64,000 bases of DNA from Amoebidium appalachense. Taxonomy: Eukaryota > Protista > Ichthyosporea. Positions within the stretch are counted from its first letter, which is position 1; each line of letters begins with the position of its first letter. The stretch covers positions 367,861 through 431,860 of the forward strand of contig CAVNZM010000018.1 of assembly GCA_963693365.1 (NCBI GenBank). The letters run 5' to 3'. Below are positions 8,385 to 18,019 of the stretch, piece by piece. The position numbers and the translations under genes were made by a program. The notes under the pieces are model-generated. The model was given only the letters and a program-made list of their open reading frames with translations. It had not been told where the DNA came from and made no database searches.

Positions 8385-9794
8385 ATGGACCAAACACCTG
8401 AAGAGGCCGTGGCTTTGCCTTTCATCGTCCGGCCCCCCGGCTCGGACACGGACAAGGTCGTCGTCTATGCCGTGGACGACAAGTATCGGCTCCACCGGGA
8501 CCCTGTCAGCGCTCGGCTGCTGGAAGTTGCGAGAGACGGCGACCTCCGCATCTTCGAAACACGGGAGAGCTTCGCTGCGTTCCGTTCAGTCCTTGAAAAC
8601 GACATGAAAACTTTGCTGCTGCATTTGGAGAGACAACCCCACGGGCCTGGGCGGGTGCCGCCTCTCTGGGACACTTGTCTGCACTCCATCGCGTTCCCAA
8701 TGTACGCCGCCTTCCAGCGCTACGTGCTGGGGAATCCGGACCATGAGGCTCTCCACGAGGGCACGCTCGGTCAAGGGGTTCAGGACTTCTTCATGCTCGT
8801 GGGGACGGCGCTATGCGAGCGGTCCGGTCTCAAGGCCCGACCCCCTGCCCACTTCAGTCAAGAGCCGGCCACTTCCGCCTTGCGTACGTATACGTTATGC
8901 AAGGACATTGACGACGTGGTGTACAATGATTGGGCTAACCGGGCCGTCGAGCACTTTGTGAACGAGTTGCCTTCCGTGTCATGTCTCCAGTGCCGCTCGC
9001 CCGTCGACACAAAGAAGTGCACCCGCTGCAGAAACGCCTACTTCTGCAATGACATCTGTATGAAACAAAAGTGGCCCGAGCATAAGAAGGACTGCAAGGA
9101 GCAACCCACCCACCAAGACCCAACGGTGTCGAAAAACGAGGTCGTGGTCTACACCATGGACAGCCACTTGCGTTTCCACTCGGACCCGGTCTGCAACCTG
9201 ATGCTAAAAGTTCTGGAGTGCGGCGACCTGCGTGTGTTTCGCAACAAGGAGCGCTACATGGAATGCGAGGCTACCCTGGCGGGCGAGATGCGTGCTATAG
9301 AGGAGCGGAGATGGGTGAACGACCCAACGGTGACTGCGGCCGAACGCAACATGGCTGCCTACTTCGCGTGTTTTAGGCACTACTGTGTCTTCCACCGCTA
9401 CGTGCTGGAGGAGCGGGACTACAATGCCCTGTATGCCGGAAACATCAGCACGGGCGCCGGTATTGTCTTCAGAATGATGCTTCATGTACTGTGCGCGTCT
9501 TCCGGCCTCGAGCACACCACGCCCGAGGCTGTTGTGCAGATTGCGGAGTTTGCGGTGAGCACTCTTCCCGTGTCCACGGAGTACGACATGGACAACATGT
9601 GTATGTATGAATGGTGCAACCGGGCCGTCAAGCACTTCATCGACAAGCTGCCCTCTGTCGTCTGTGCCACCTGCGGCTCGACCGGGCGCACCAAGAAGTG
9701 CTCGGCCTGTAAGCACGTCTACTACTGCAGCAGGGACTGCCAGACCCGCGATTGGGGTGAGCACAAGAAGGACTGCCAGAAGCAGGGCCCGTAG
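8385..9794 (+). CDS. Internally duplicated protein: 2x (unknown ~190-aa domain + MYND zinc finger)
   Basis: Halves begin VVVYAVDDKYRLHRDPV and VVVYTMDSHLRFHSDPV. MYND fingers CLQC...KCTRC...YFCNDIC...WPEHKKDC and CATC...KCSAC...YYCSRDCQTRDWGEHKKDC. Confidence 0.85.
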   Translation: MDQTPEEAVALPFIVRPPGSDTDKVVVYAVDDKYRLHRDPVSARLLEVARDGDLRIFETRESFAAFRSVLENDMKTLLLHLERQPHGPGRVPPLWDTCLHSIAFPMYAAFQRYVLGNPDHEALHEGTLGQGVQDFFMLVGTALCERSGLKARPPAHFSQEPATSALRTYTLCKDIDDVVYNDWANRAVEHFVNELPSVSCLQCRSPVDTKKCTRCRNAYFCNDICMKQKWPEHKKDCKEQPTHQDPTVSKNEVVVYTMDSHLRFHSDPVCNLMLKVLECGDLRVFRNKERYMECEATLAGEMRAIEERRWVNDPTVTAAERNMAAYFACFRHYCVFHRYVLEERDYNALYAGNISTGAGIVFRMMLHVLCASSGLEHTTPEAVVQIAEFAVSTLPVSTEYDMDNMCMYEWCNRAVKHFIDKLPSVVCATCGSTGRTKKCSACKHVYYCSRDCQTRDWGEHKKDCQKQGP

Positions 9795-9842
9795 GGGATG
9801 GCCGTGGTGATGCTGTGTCTGTGTGCTCTTTTAGGGAACCTA

Positions 9843-9994
9843 TTTCGTGACAAGCGATAGAATTCATTCGGGGTTGTTGTAGAATCGTATATTTATTATT
9901 GATGTAATCTCGGGTACTTGTTTCGTGTGCAAGCGATAGAATTCATTCGGGGTTGTTGTAGAATCGTATATTTGTCATTGATGTAACCTCGGGT
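9843..9994. repeat. ~78-bp tandem duplication in a convergent intergenic region
   Basis: CAAGCGATAGAATTCATTCGGGGTTGTTGTAGAATCGTATATTT...CGGGT occurs twice. Confidence 0.85.
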
Positions 9995-10073
9995 TGTCAA
10001 ACTTAATTCGGGTCGGTGGTTATGTGCATAATGGTATGTGATTTTTCCAACATCGATATCGACAGAATAAATC

Positions 10074-10235
10074 TCAGTCCGTTTTCCGCTTTACTCGCAC
10101 GCTCTGTCGGAGCACCAGTCTCCGGTATTTCGGCATGAGCGCGTCGGCATACACGTACTTCTCAATACGCCTATGACCTCTCCTTTTTGACCGACCTCTT
10201 CGGTGTGGCATGCCCCTTGTCCGAAAAATGTCCAT
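10074..10235 (-). CDS. Small Arg/Lys-rich basic protein (53 aa)
   Basis: MDIFRTRGMPHRRGRSKRRGHRRIEKYVYADALMPKYRRLVLRQSVRVKRKTD. Confidence 0.4.
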   Translation of the reverse strand: MDIFRTRGMPHRRGRSKRRGHRRIEKYVYADALMPKYRRLVLRQSVRVKRKTD

Positions 10236-10571
10236 CTCCGACTGCGAAAACACCCTAGTGAAACCACTTTCTCCGCTTACACCCTGCGGCACATTGGTTG
10301 CTGGTCCACGCGCCCTCCTCGAGCTCGAGATACACCTTGCGCCACCCGGGCTCTGCGCGCTTGATCTCGCACGCCACCACAATGTCTCCCGGGCGCACAC
10401 CTGCAGTCCACATGCTGGTGCAGCAGCGCACGCTCAGCACCTCACATCCCGAGTCGGCCCCGCGCACACACACACCGAAACACGCAAGCGTGCACTCATG
10501 GTCGTGCAGCGCCTCGAGAACTGGCACCTTGCGGGCGAGTGTGCGCCGACGCAGGCGCAAGTCGGGAAGGG

Positions 10572-10580
10572 TATAAAAAG
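10572..10580 (+). promoter_or_regulatory. TATA box
   Basis: TATAAAAAG ~55 bp upstream of ATG 10631; the same motif occurs at ~23246 upstream of ORF 23448. Confidence 0.5.
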
Positions 10581-10630
10581 CCGTGTTGGACGCGGAGAGC
10601 TGCCAGTCTGCATCTGCACCAGAACTGAAC

Positions 10631-11149
10631 ATGGCTTTTGAGCAGGACCTGAAGCTGTTCGTGAATAGACTTTCGCTGTTTGTCTCGAGCATGACGTTCG
10701 ACTCACACGGCGCCGGGAGGGTGGCGAGCCGGCCGCTACAGCTCCACGCGCGACTCGGCAAGGGCGACACGATGCTGTCGGACACGATGCTGCCGCTGCA
10801 ATCGGTCGAATCATCGAATCGAGACGGACTCAACCACCTGGTGTTTTCGACGTGTCCGCTGGAGGGGGCCGGGGATGCGGTGACCATCGACCTAGATTGG
10901 GGCAAGTCGTTCCGGCTGACCTGGGAGCGCTGGGACACCACGCTGTCGCTGCTGCCACCGAGGGACCCAACTGAGAACGAAGGGATGGGGGAGGGACGTG
11001 CCGTCCCCCTGAAGGCTTCGAGCCAGCGAACAACCCTTCTGCGAATCGACTTTCTGAAGGACTTTGTTTGGCACGACACGGGCTGCGACATCCTGTCGCT
11101 GCAGCTATACGAACCAGCAAAGAAAAATAGGCGGCTGCGTAGAGAATGA
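10631..11149 (+). CDS. Hypothetical protein (172 aa)
   Basis: ATG downstream of a TATA box; basic C-terminus (KKNRRLRRE); no family recognised. Confidence 0.55.
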   Translation: MAFEQDLKLFVNRLSLFVSSMTFDSHGAGRVASRPLQLHARLGKGDTMLSDTMLPLQSVESSNRDGLNHLVFSTCPLEGAGDAVTIDLDWGKSFRLTWERWDTTLSLLPPRDPTENEGMGEGRAVPLKASSQRTTLLRIDFLKDFVWHDTGCDILSLQLYEPAKKNRRLRRE

Positions 11150-13103
11150 TAAATATATCACGCAGTGCGTGTGTGTGTGCGACTGCGCCCCGGATGGTGC
11201 AGCACGCGTATATAAGCAGGGCCACCCCCAAGGTGTCGTCCGAGCGCATGCCTGTGTATGCGCGCACAAATTTGTTTGCATTGCGGAGAAATCATACCCC
11301 CCCTCCCCGTAAACCAGTCGATTGTTGCTGCCAGCATTCTCGGCACGACTGAGGGTGCGCAGGTATATAAGGAGCACACACAGCCAACTGGGGTCAGTCT
11401 GACACAGCATGGCTACCGGACAGAGCAACTCAAAGGTGGACATGTCGCTTCTGTGGAAGGAGTTCCCCCATTCAAGGATGCCCAATATAGGATCCATGGA
11501 AAGGGCAAGGATGCACAGGGTAGCGTCCTGGATACCGCCACCATTGTGCTTGGCTCGTCAAATGCTGCAAGGTCTGCATGGTTTGATATGCAGGCAAGCA
11601 AGGAGTCGACCGTTAAGGACCTTGTTGCTCGCAGCAACAAGGTCCGCATAAACGGAAAGGGAATGGTTACACCTGTCGCTCCTTTCAAGGTCCTCATCGA
11701 GATCATCTTCATGCTCCCTGGCCAGCGCGCGCACGAGTTCCGCAAGACCTGTGCCAAGTACGTTGCACGACTTTTGTCACACAAGGATTGGGAGGGTATA
11801 AAAGAACCAGACACACAACCCCAAACCTCACTTTCACAAACCATGCCAACGGAACACGACGAAAGCTTAGCTATGCTAACCGGAAACGAGGTCGCCGCAA
11901 AAAAAGGCGACACCATCTGCATTGGTGACTATGTAGTGCGAGTTGCTCAATCCGAAGGTGTTAAATACGCCAGTCTTGTTGATTATGCAATGCTAGTGCG
12001 CAATTTAGACAGACATGCGGCCGCTGAGTATGTCAGACGACATTATGAGAATGAAGAGGAAATCAAAGGCCTCAACATGAGGCCTTTGAGGTTCGGCGAT
12101 TCAAAGCGACCCTCGATTGGTGTTCCTGCTTCATCGTTGGTGAAACTGACCTTCAAGATGGCATCCGGCTCGCGCTATGGATCTGCCCTCGTTGACAAGT
12201 GGGCCCGAGACATAGCGCGCCTCGAGGGTGGGGATGAAACTCTGCTGGAAGACATCGAGCGCAACCGTGCCGCAGCAGAAGCCAACCCCAGTGGGCCAAA
12301 TGCTTTTATGCGTGACAGTGTGCAAGCAGAAATGGATGCCGACAGGACACCCGAGAGGGAGCCCAAGAGACTGAAGCTCGGAGACATCACCCAGTTCATG
12401 ACCAACCAGGCCGAGATGGAAACTGCACTGAGTCTGTACAAGGAGGCGCGCATCGCCGAATCTGCACAGTACACGGAGATCATGATGATGCGCGAGGAAG
12501 GCGCTCTGTGTGACAAGCGCGCAGGTGTGATTCGCGAGGAGCGCCTGAAACTCGAGGCGCAGTGCCGGCTTTTGGAGCTCCAGGCAACAGACAGCATCAA
12601 GCAGGACCACATCCCACCCGAATACGAGGATGCCAGCGAGGAGCTGCGCCGGGTCACCAACCACGTGTGCACCAAGCAGCAGTCCGGCATCTACGTGTTC
12701 GTGTCCGAGTATGGCGACCCGCCCTGCCTGAAAATCGGACTCAGTCTGAAGGACGTGAAGGGCCGCATGAAGCAGGCCGGTACGTGGCATGTGGGACCCA
12801 ACAAGCGCCTGCTCTTTGCGCTGCCCGTGCCGTCCGAGCAGCTGGCGCTTGCGGAGAAGTGCCTGCACACAGCACTCAAACACAAGAACGTCGAGCGCGA
12901 GCTGCTACAATGATCTTTGGCAACCTTGTTTTTCTTTGTCATATATATGGTCAATTTGATAGCTGTTCGATCTTGTGTCCAGAGCGGTGGTTGTAAAAGG
13001 CAACAACAACAACCCACTGCAAGTGTCACAAAGGGCACACTTATTCTTGTTATCTGAAACTGCCAATGTTGGGCAACTTCAAATATTTTCTATACCTTAT
13101 AGT

Positions 13104-13787
13104 ATGCCCCACAATGGCACCAAGTACATATCTGGACTTCAATCCAGAAAGAAGTACGGGGTATCGGGATCCTCACTTCGGAGATGGGCAAACCAGGGAC
13201 GCATCCGAATTGTTAGAACACCAGGCAATGTCCGCCTGTACAACACCTCGGACATTGACACGTTGCTCGGGTGTGAAACGGACACACGAACAGACAGAGT
13301 TGATGTTGCCTACGCACGGGTCTCATCCCACAAACAGCGCACGGACCTCGACCGGCAAGTTCAGTATCTGCGTGAACGGTGTCCCAATCACGAAATTGTC
13401 ACTGATGTCGGGAGTGGCGTCAACTTTAAGCGCAGAGGACTGCTGTCCATTTTGGAACGGGCAAGCAAGGGAAATGTCAGAGAGATTGTGGTTGCCCACA
13501 AGGACAGGCTGTGTCGACTCGCCGGTGACCTGCTGTGGTGGATTCTGGAAGCATATGGGGTCAAAATCGTGGTTCTCAATCACGCAGACGAGTCCAATAC
13601 AGATGAACTCGCGGAAGACCTTATCGCCGTCACCACCCACTTTGTCTGTAAGCATCATGGACGTCGCAAGTACGGAAACAAGTGCAATGGAAAAGAGGGA
13701 AGCGGAAAGGAACTTCAAAAGACTAAAGCGCATGGCATCGAAACACATGAAGAAAGAGCAGAAACTCTATTTGAAGGATCGTCTTAA
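13104..13787 (+). CDS. tnpA: IS607-type serine recombinase (MerR-like HTH + resolvase catalytic domain)
   Basis: GVSGSSLRRWANQGRI...RTPGNVRLY HTH; YARVSSHKQRTDLDRQ catalytic Ser motif; DVGSGVNFKRRGL; VAHKDRLCR; ELAEDL. Confidence 0.92.
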   Translation: MPHNGTKYISGLQSRKKYGVSGSSLRRWANQGRIRIVRTPGNVRLYNTSDIDTLLGCETDTRTDRVDVAYARVSSHKQRTDLDRQVQYLRERCPNHEIVTDVGSGVNFKRRGLLSILERASKGNVREIVVAHKDRLCRLAGDLLWWILEAYGVKIVVLNHADESNTDELAEDLIAVTTHFVCKHHGRRKYGNKCNGKEGSGKELQKTKAHGIETHEERAETLFEGSS

Positions 13788-15066
13788 TGGACGGCCTCCG
13801 GAGCTTGACGATTATGTGGCCTGTGGAGTGAACGTTCTGGCTTTGCGGGAAAGGACCGAGCTTTTGGTCCGCACAAAACTCATCCGTGTGATCCCAACAA
13901 AGGAACAAAAGCGATGGTTGGTCGAATGCTTCGGAGTGGCAAGGAAGATCTTCAATCAATGTGTAGGTCTTCACGACCTGAAGGGAAGCATGGACAAAAC
14001 CGAATATCGCAGGCAATTTGTCAACAACAAAAGCATTCCCGACTGCGAAGAATACAAGAAGCGTGTGCCAAACCTTCTTCGTAACGGCGCGGTGGATGAT
14101 TTTTTCGGGGCCGTGGGTTCGCAGAAGGCAAAGGCACGTTATGCTAAGAAGAGGGGTTTAAAGGCAACCAGTGTCTTTGTCCGGTATAGATCCAAAAAGG
14201 ACGGATATCAATCAATTCTAATACCCCGCGCACTCACCAAGTTCAATGGTACACACGCCATTTTTGCCCCAACGATGTGCCCCGAAGGTGGGCATTTGAA
14301 ACTTGCGGAGCAAGTACAACCGGATGAGATGGAAACAGATGGGCGGCTCTTGATGACCAGGGACGGGAATTTCTACCTATCAATTACATATCGGGTACCG
14401 GGGGGTGATAGCCAAACCCCTCTAACCGAACAACACGATAGGCGGATATGTGCACTTGATCCTGGTATTAGAACCTTCCAGACTGTCTATGACCCCTGTA
14501 ACAAGGAGGTCACACACCTTTTTCCCGGGGACATCAAACGCATCAGTCGGCTGCTCAACCGTGAGGACCAGCTGAAAAGTCGTTTGACACAGACATCTGT
14601 TAAACACAAAAGTCGGTATCGGATGAGAAAGGCCCTGTTCCGAATGCGCCAAAGGGTTCAGAACCTTATTGCCGACGCACACTGGAAGGCCGCTGGATGG
14701 CTCACCTCCAACTTCGACGTGGTAGTTATTCCTTGGTTTGACTCTGGGAGTATGTCACGTAGGGGCAAGAGGAAACTTCGCAGCAAGAGCGTCCGATGCA
14801 TGATGGGTTGGCAGCATGCCAAGTTTCGACAACGGCTGGTGTGTAAAGCAGAGCAACGGGGAACTGCAGTGGTGTTTGTCAATGAATCCTACACCAGCAA
14901 AACGTGTGGGAGGTGTGGACAGATCAACCAGGGTCTTGGAGGTTCTAAGGTGTTCAAGTGTAAACATTGTGGGTTGGTCATTGACAGAGATGTCAATGGG
15001 GCTCGCAACATATTTATTCGCTCATGTACGCGGCCCGTGGGCAGCCACGGGCCTCTGCCGGTATAG
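13114..15066 (+). CDS. tnpB: Fanzor2 / IS607-type TnpB RNA-guided nuclease, apparently intact
   Basis: IRVIPTKEQKRWLVECFGVARKIFN; RuvC-I ALDPGIRTF; rearranged Glu in VNESYTSKTCGRCG; Zn finger CKHC; RuvC-III DRDVNGARNI. Start codon uncertain. Confidence 0.9.
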   Translation: MAPSTYLDFNPERSTGYRDPHFGDGQTRDASELLEHQAMSACTTPRTLTRCSGVKRTHEQTELMLPTHGSHPTNSARTSTGKFSICVNGVPITKLSLMSGVASTLSAEDCCPFWNGQAREMSERLWLPTRTGCVDSPVTCCGGFWKHMGSKSWFSITQTSPIQMNSRKTLSPSPPTLSVSIMDVASTETSAMEKREAERNFKRLKRMASKHMKKEQKLYLKDRLNGRPPELDDYVACGVNVLALRERTELLVRTKLIRVIPTKEQKRWLVECFGVARKIFNQCVGLHDLKGSMDKTEYRRQFVNNKSIPDCEEYKKRVPNLLRNGAVDDFFGAVGSQKAKARYAKKRGLKATSVFVRYRSKKDGYQSILIPRALTKFNGTHAIFAPTMCPEGGHLKLAEQVQPDEMETDGRLLMTRDGNFYLSITYRVPGGDSQTPLTEQHDRRICALDPGIRTFQTVYDPCNKEVTHLFPGDIKRISRLLNREDQLKSRLTQTSVKHKSRYRMRKALFRMRQRVQNLIADAHWKAAGWLTSNFDVVVIPWFDSGSMSRRGKRKLRSKSVRCMMGWQHAKFRQRLVCKAEQRGTAVVFVNESYTSKTCGRCGQINQGLGGSKVFKCKHCGLVIDRDVNGARNIFIRSCTRPVGSHGPLPV

Positions 15067-15190
15067 GCCAAGGTTCTTGTAATCTTGCATGACCATGCCA
15101 CTAGCCTAGCTCCTTTCATGACCCGTGGTCATGTTGGCAAGTTTAGGAAAGGATGGTAGGTTCAACTGTATCTGTTCCGTGTGGACTTTG
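15030..15190 (+). ncRNA. Predicted omegaRNA (scaffold to 15174, flank-derived guide from 15175)
   Basis: Hairpin 15032-15040/15045-15053; stem 15084-15097/15124-15141; closing stem GGTATAG/CTGTATC (15060-66/15166-72). Position at the element right end matches TnpB/Fanzor systems. Confidence 0.7.
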
Positions 15191-15332
15191 TGACTTTTGC
15201 TGCGGCCATGCTGGAGATGGCGAGGGAGCACATGGAAGACGACTTGACAAGGGACCTCGTCATGAGCGTGTTCAAGAAGGGCAGTCAGGAGCAAGCGCAG
15301 TAGCCCCAAGACATTTCAATGGATAAGCACCA

Positions 15333-16120
15333 TAATACAAGTAATTCGGTCAACGTTTTATTCCATTATTCGGAGTGCTCGGTAGCAATTAATACAAGTC
15401 CGAATTCGGTCAACGTTTTATTCCATTATTCGGAGTGCTCGGGAGCAATTAATACAAGTCCGAATTCGGTCAACGTTTTATTCCATTATTCGGAGTGCTC
15501 GGGAGCAATTAATACAAGTCCGAATTCGGTCAACGTTTTATTCCATTATTCGGAGTGCTCGGGAGCAATTAATACAAGTCCGAATTCGGTCAGAGTTGCA
15601 TCTCATTTTTCGGCGTGCTCGGTAGCAATTAATACAAGTCCGAATTTGGTCAAAGTTGCATCTCATTTTTCGGCGTGCTCGGTAGCAATTAATACAAGTC
15701 CGAATTCGGTCAACGTTTTATTCCATTATTCGGCGTGCTCGGTAGCAATTAATACAAGTCCGAATTCGGTCAAAGTTGCATCTCATTTTTCGGCGTGCTC
15801 GGTCGCAATTAATACAAGTCCGAATTCGGTCAACGTTTTATTCCATTATTCGGCGTGCTCGGTAGCAATTAATACAAGTCCGAATTCGGTCAGAGTTGCA
15901 TCTCATTTTTCGGCGTGCTCGGTAGCAATTAATACAAGTCCGAATTTGGTCAAAGTTGCATCTCATTTTTCGGCGTGCTCGGTAGCAATTAATACAAGTC
16001 CGAATTCGGTCAACGTTTTATTCCATTATTCGGAGTGCCACAACACATATCCGAATTCGGTCAACGTTTTATTCCATTATTCGGAGTGCCACAACACAAG
16101 TCCGATTTTGATCAACGTTA
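15333..16120. repeat. 60-bp tandem array with palindromic CCGAATTCGG core and two alternating variants
   Basis: AATACAAGTCCGAATT(C/T)GGT at 15391+60n through 15991, plus degenerate end units. Variant A AACGTTTTATTCCATTA; variant B A(G/A)AGTTGCATCTCATTT. Confidence 0.95.
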
Positions 16121-16291
16121 CATCCTCCCAAAATCGGGAAAACCCTCTCCCCCCTTCCCCCCCCCCCCTTCTCCCCCCCCCCCCCCCCCCCTCCGGATTG
16201 GAAACCCCACTCCGCGATCGGAGAAAAGTCCCTCCCCCCCCATCACCTCTCGCGCACCCCCACCACCGCATTATATCATGCACCCAGTAAC

Positions 16292-16663
16292 ATGGACGCC
16301 GGCGCACCCTTTCTACCGCCCCGTCCCCTCTCCGCCTTGCGAACAACAAACCCTCCCTCCCCCATCCTGCTGGCCGTGCTCGCCGGGCTCATTCTCTACG
16401 TGCTGTGGGACACGTTCAGCCCGCGTGTGCGGCGGCGGCTGGCGGTGCTCAAGTGCCCCGGTACATGCCCGATGTGTGCCAGCTGCGGCAGCTGCTCGCC
16501 CCGCCGCAAGTGTGCGCACTGCCCCCGCTGCCACGTGTGCGGTGCAAGCCCCACCCGGTGCACCCAGTGTCCCGCATGCAAGCACTGCCCGCCCGAGCAG
16601 AAGTGCCCGGCGTGCCCCACGTGTGCACATGCGCCGGCGGTGGTGATCAAGGAGCGGGCATGA
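16292..16663 (+). CDS. Single-TM, CxxC-repeat cysteine-rich protein
   Basis: ILLAVLAGLILYVLW followed by CPGTCPMCASCGSC...CPACKHC...CPACPTC. Confidence 0.7.
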   Translation: MDAGAPFLPPRPLSALRTTNPPSPILLAVLAGLILYVLWDTFSPRVRRRLAVLKCPGTCPMCASCGSCSPRRKCAHCPRCHVCGASPTRCTQCPACKHCPPEQKCPACPTCAHAPAVVIKERA

Positions 16664-16699
16664 GGATTGACACGGCAAGAGATTTTTGTGGCATAGAGT

Positions 16700-16993
16700 A
16701 TGGCGTACCGATGGGAGTACAAGCTAAAGGAGGAGCCCGGCAAGGCACCCGTGGTGCAGGCAACTGTTGTGCCGACCGAGGCCACCGCCCGGCGGACGCA
16801 GATGGAGCAACGAGCATACGCACAAGAGCTTGCGGAAAAAGGCTACATAGACCTGCCCGAAGAGCTTGCGGATAAGTGCGGATTCAAGAAGTGGGTGCCC
16901 CAAAACCAACGGCAGACAGCCATCGTGCTGCAGAAGATGATGGAGCCGGAGACCCTACCAGCCGAAACGGAAAATCATGAGAGAAAGTGTTGA
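16700..16993 (+). CDS. Hypothetical protein (97 aa)
   Basis: ATG-started ORF with protein-like composition, in tandem with the upstream gene. Confidence 0.5.
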   Translation: MAYRWEYKLKEEPGKAPVVQATVVPTEATARRTQMEQRAYAQELAEKGYIDLPEELADKCGFKKWVPQNQRQTAIVLQKMMEPETLPAETENHERKC

Positions 16994-17284
16994 GCTTTGT
17001 GTGTGTGTGTGTGTGTGTGTGTGTTGAGCTTTGTGTGTGTGTGTGTGTGTGTGTGTGATTGCACACATGTCACAGATTCAAAGCAGAATTGGTATATTTA
17101 TTGGAGTCTCTCCGCCACTATGGGTGACTACAATACACATAAAAACTTGGAAAGAAAATTTGGTACGTCACATATTTTTGCAGACCACATTCGAGTTAAC
17201 ATTACGGAAATTTTTGGTATCGAGCTAAATACAAAAATAATAAAAAAAACTTGTTGAAACAATGAAAACTTTGTACCACGTCTC

Positions 17285-17674
17285 TCCCCACCGCACCCAC
17301 CATGAATCCTATAGATGTGAATGTGTGGCCTACTGCCCACACCACACCACCACAACTATGTTTCCCCAATGCACCCACCACGAACCCTATAGATGTGAAT
17401 GTGTGGCCTACTGCCCACACCACACCACCACAACTACGTTTCCCCACTGCACCCACCACGAACCCTATAGATGTGAATGTGTGGCCTACTGCCCACACCA
17501 CACCACCACAACTACGTTTCCCCACCGCACCCACCACGAACCCTATAGATGTGAATGTGTGGCCTACTGCCCACACCACACCACCACAACTACGTTTCCC
17601 CACCGCACCCACCACGAACCCTATAGATGTGCCTACTGCCCACACCACACCACCACAACTACGTTTCCCCCACC
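17285..17674. repeat. 78-bp minisatellite, ~5 copies, downstream of the KDM4-like gene
   Basis: CCCACCACGAACCCTATAGATGTGAATGTGTGGCCTACTGCCCACACCACACCACCACAACTACGTTTCCCCACCGCA repeated. Confidence 0.9.
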
Positions 17675-17693
17675 GTATCGGGCCATTGCAACC

Positions 17694-17753
17694 TCACGGC
17701 TTCTGCATCCGATAGTCCACCATCTCACGTTTCAAAATAGGGAGGTCGAGCTG

Positions 17754-17832
<79 letters not shown>

Positions 17833-17982
17833 CGTGTGTGCGTGTGCGTGCGTGTGTGTTACACTGTTAGACCGATAGATTAGGTGCCTTTGTGCCGTGT
17901 GTGTGTATGTGTGTGCCCGAATGCCTTTGTGCCGTGTGTTTGCTTAAGTGCATGTGTGCATGTGTGTGTGCATGTGTGTGTG

Positions 17983-18019
<37 letters not shown>

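Larger units (their letters stand above)
12905..15174 (+). mobile_element. IS607-family element (serine recombinase TnpA + Fanzor2/TnpB), 2270 bp
   Basis: Junctions GAG-CTG|CTACAATG and ...CTGTAT-CTG|TTCCGT, with CTG at both ends. Boundaries defined by the restored reading frame and by the orphan left-end copy at 7647. Confidence 0.9.
11258..15303 (+). pseudogene. Bro/KilA-like tandem DNA-binding domains + coiled coil + T5orf172 (GIY-YIG-like) domain, split by the IS607 element (11258-12904 + 15175-15303)
   Basis: RINGKGMVTPVA...IEIIFMLPGQRAHEFRK and RLEGGDETLLEDIE motifs; GIYVF...LKIGLS...AEKCLH. Removing 12905-15174 restores ...KNVEREL|FRVDFVTFAAAMLEMAREH...QAQ* in frame. Confidence 0.8.

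Noticed and set aside
12905-15174. IStron or spliceosomal removal of the element
   Set aside because: No junction register gives GT-AG or the U|...G group I boundaries, and only ~200 bp precede tnpA.
15333-16120. CRISPR-like guide array next to the Fanzor gene
   Set aside because: The variable segments are only two recurring variants, not unique spacers, and the array lies outside the element boundary (15174).
1-17000. Polinton/virophage or prophage identity
   Set aside because: No protein-primed PolB, integrase, capsid, protease or packaging ATPase is visible, and expression signals are eukaryotic.
17202-17756. Repeat-protein ORFs in several frames
   Set aside because: By-product of a 78-bp (multiple of 3) minisatellite downstream of the KDM4-like stop.
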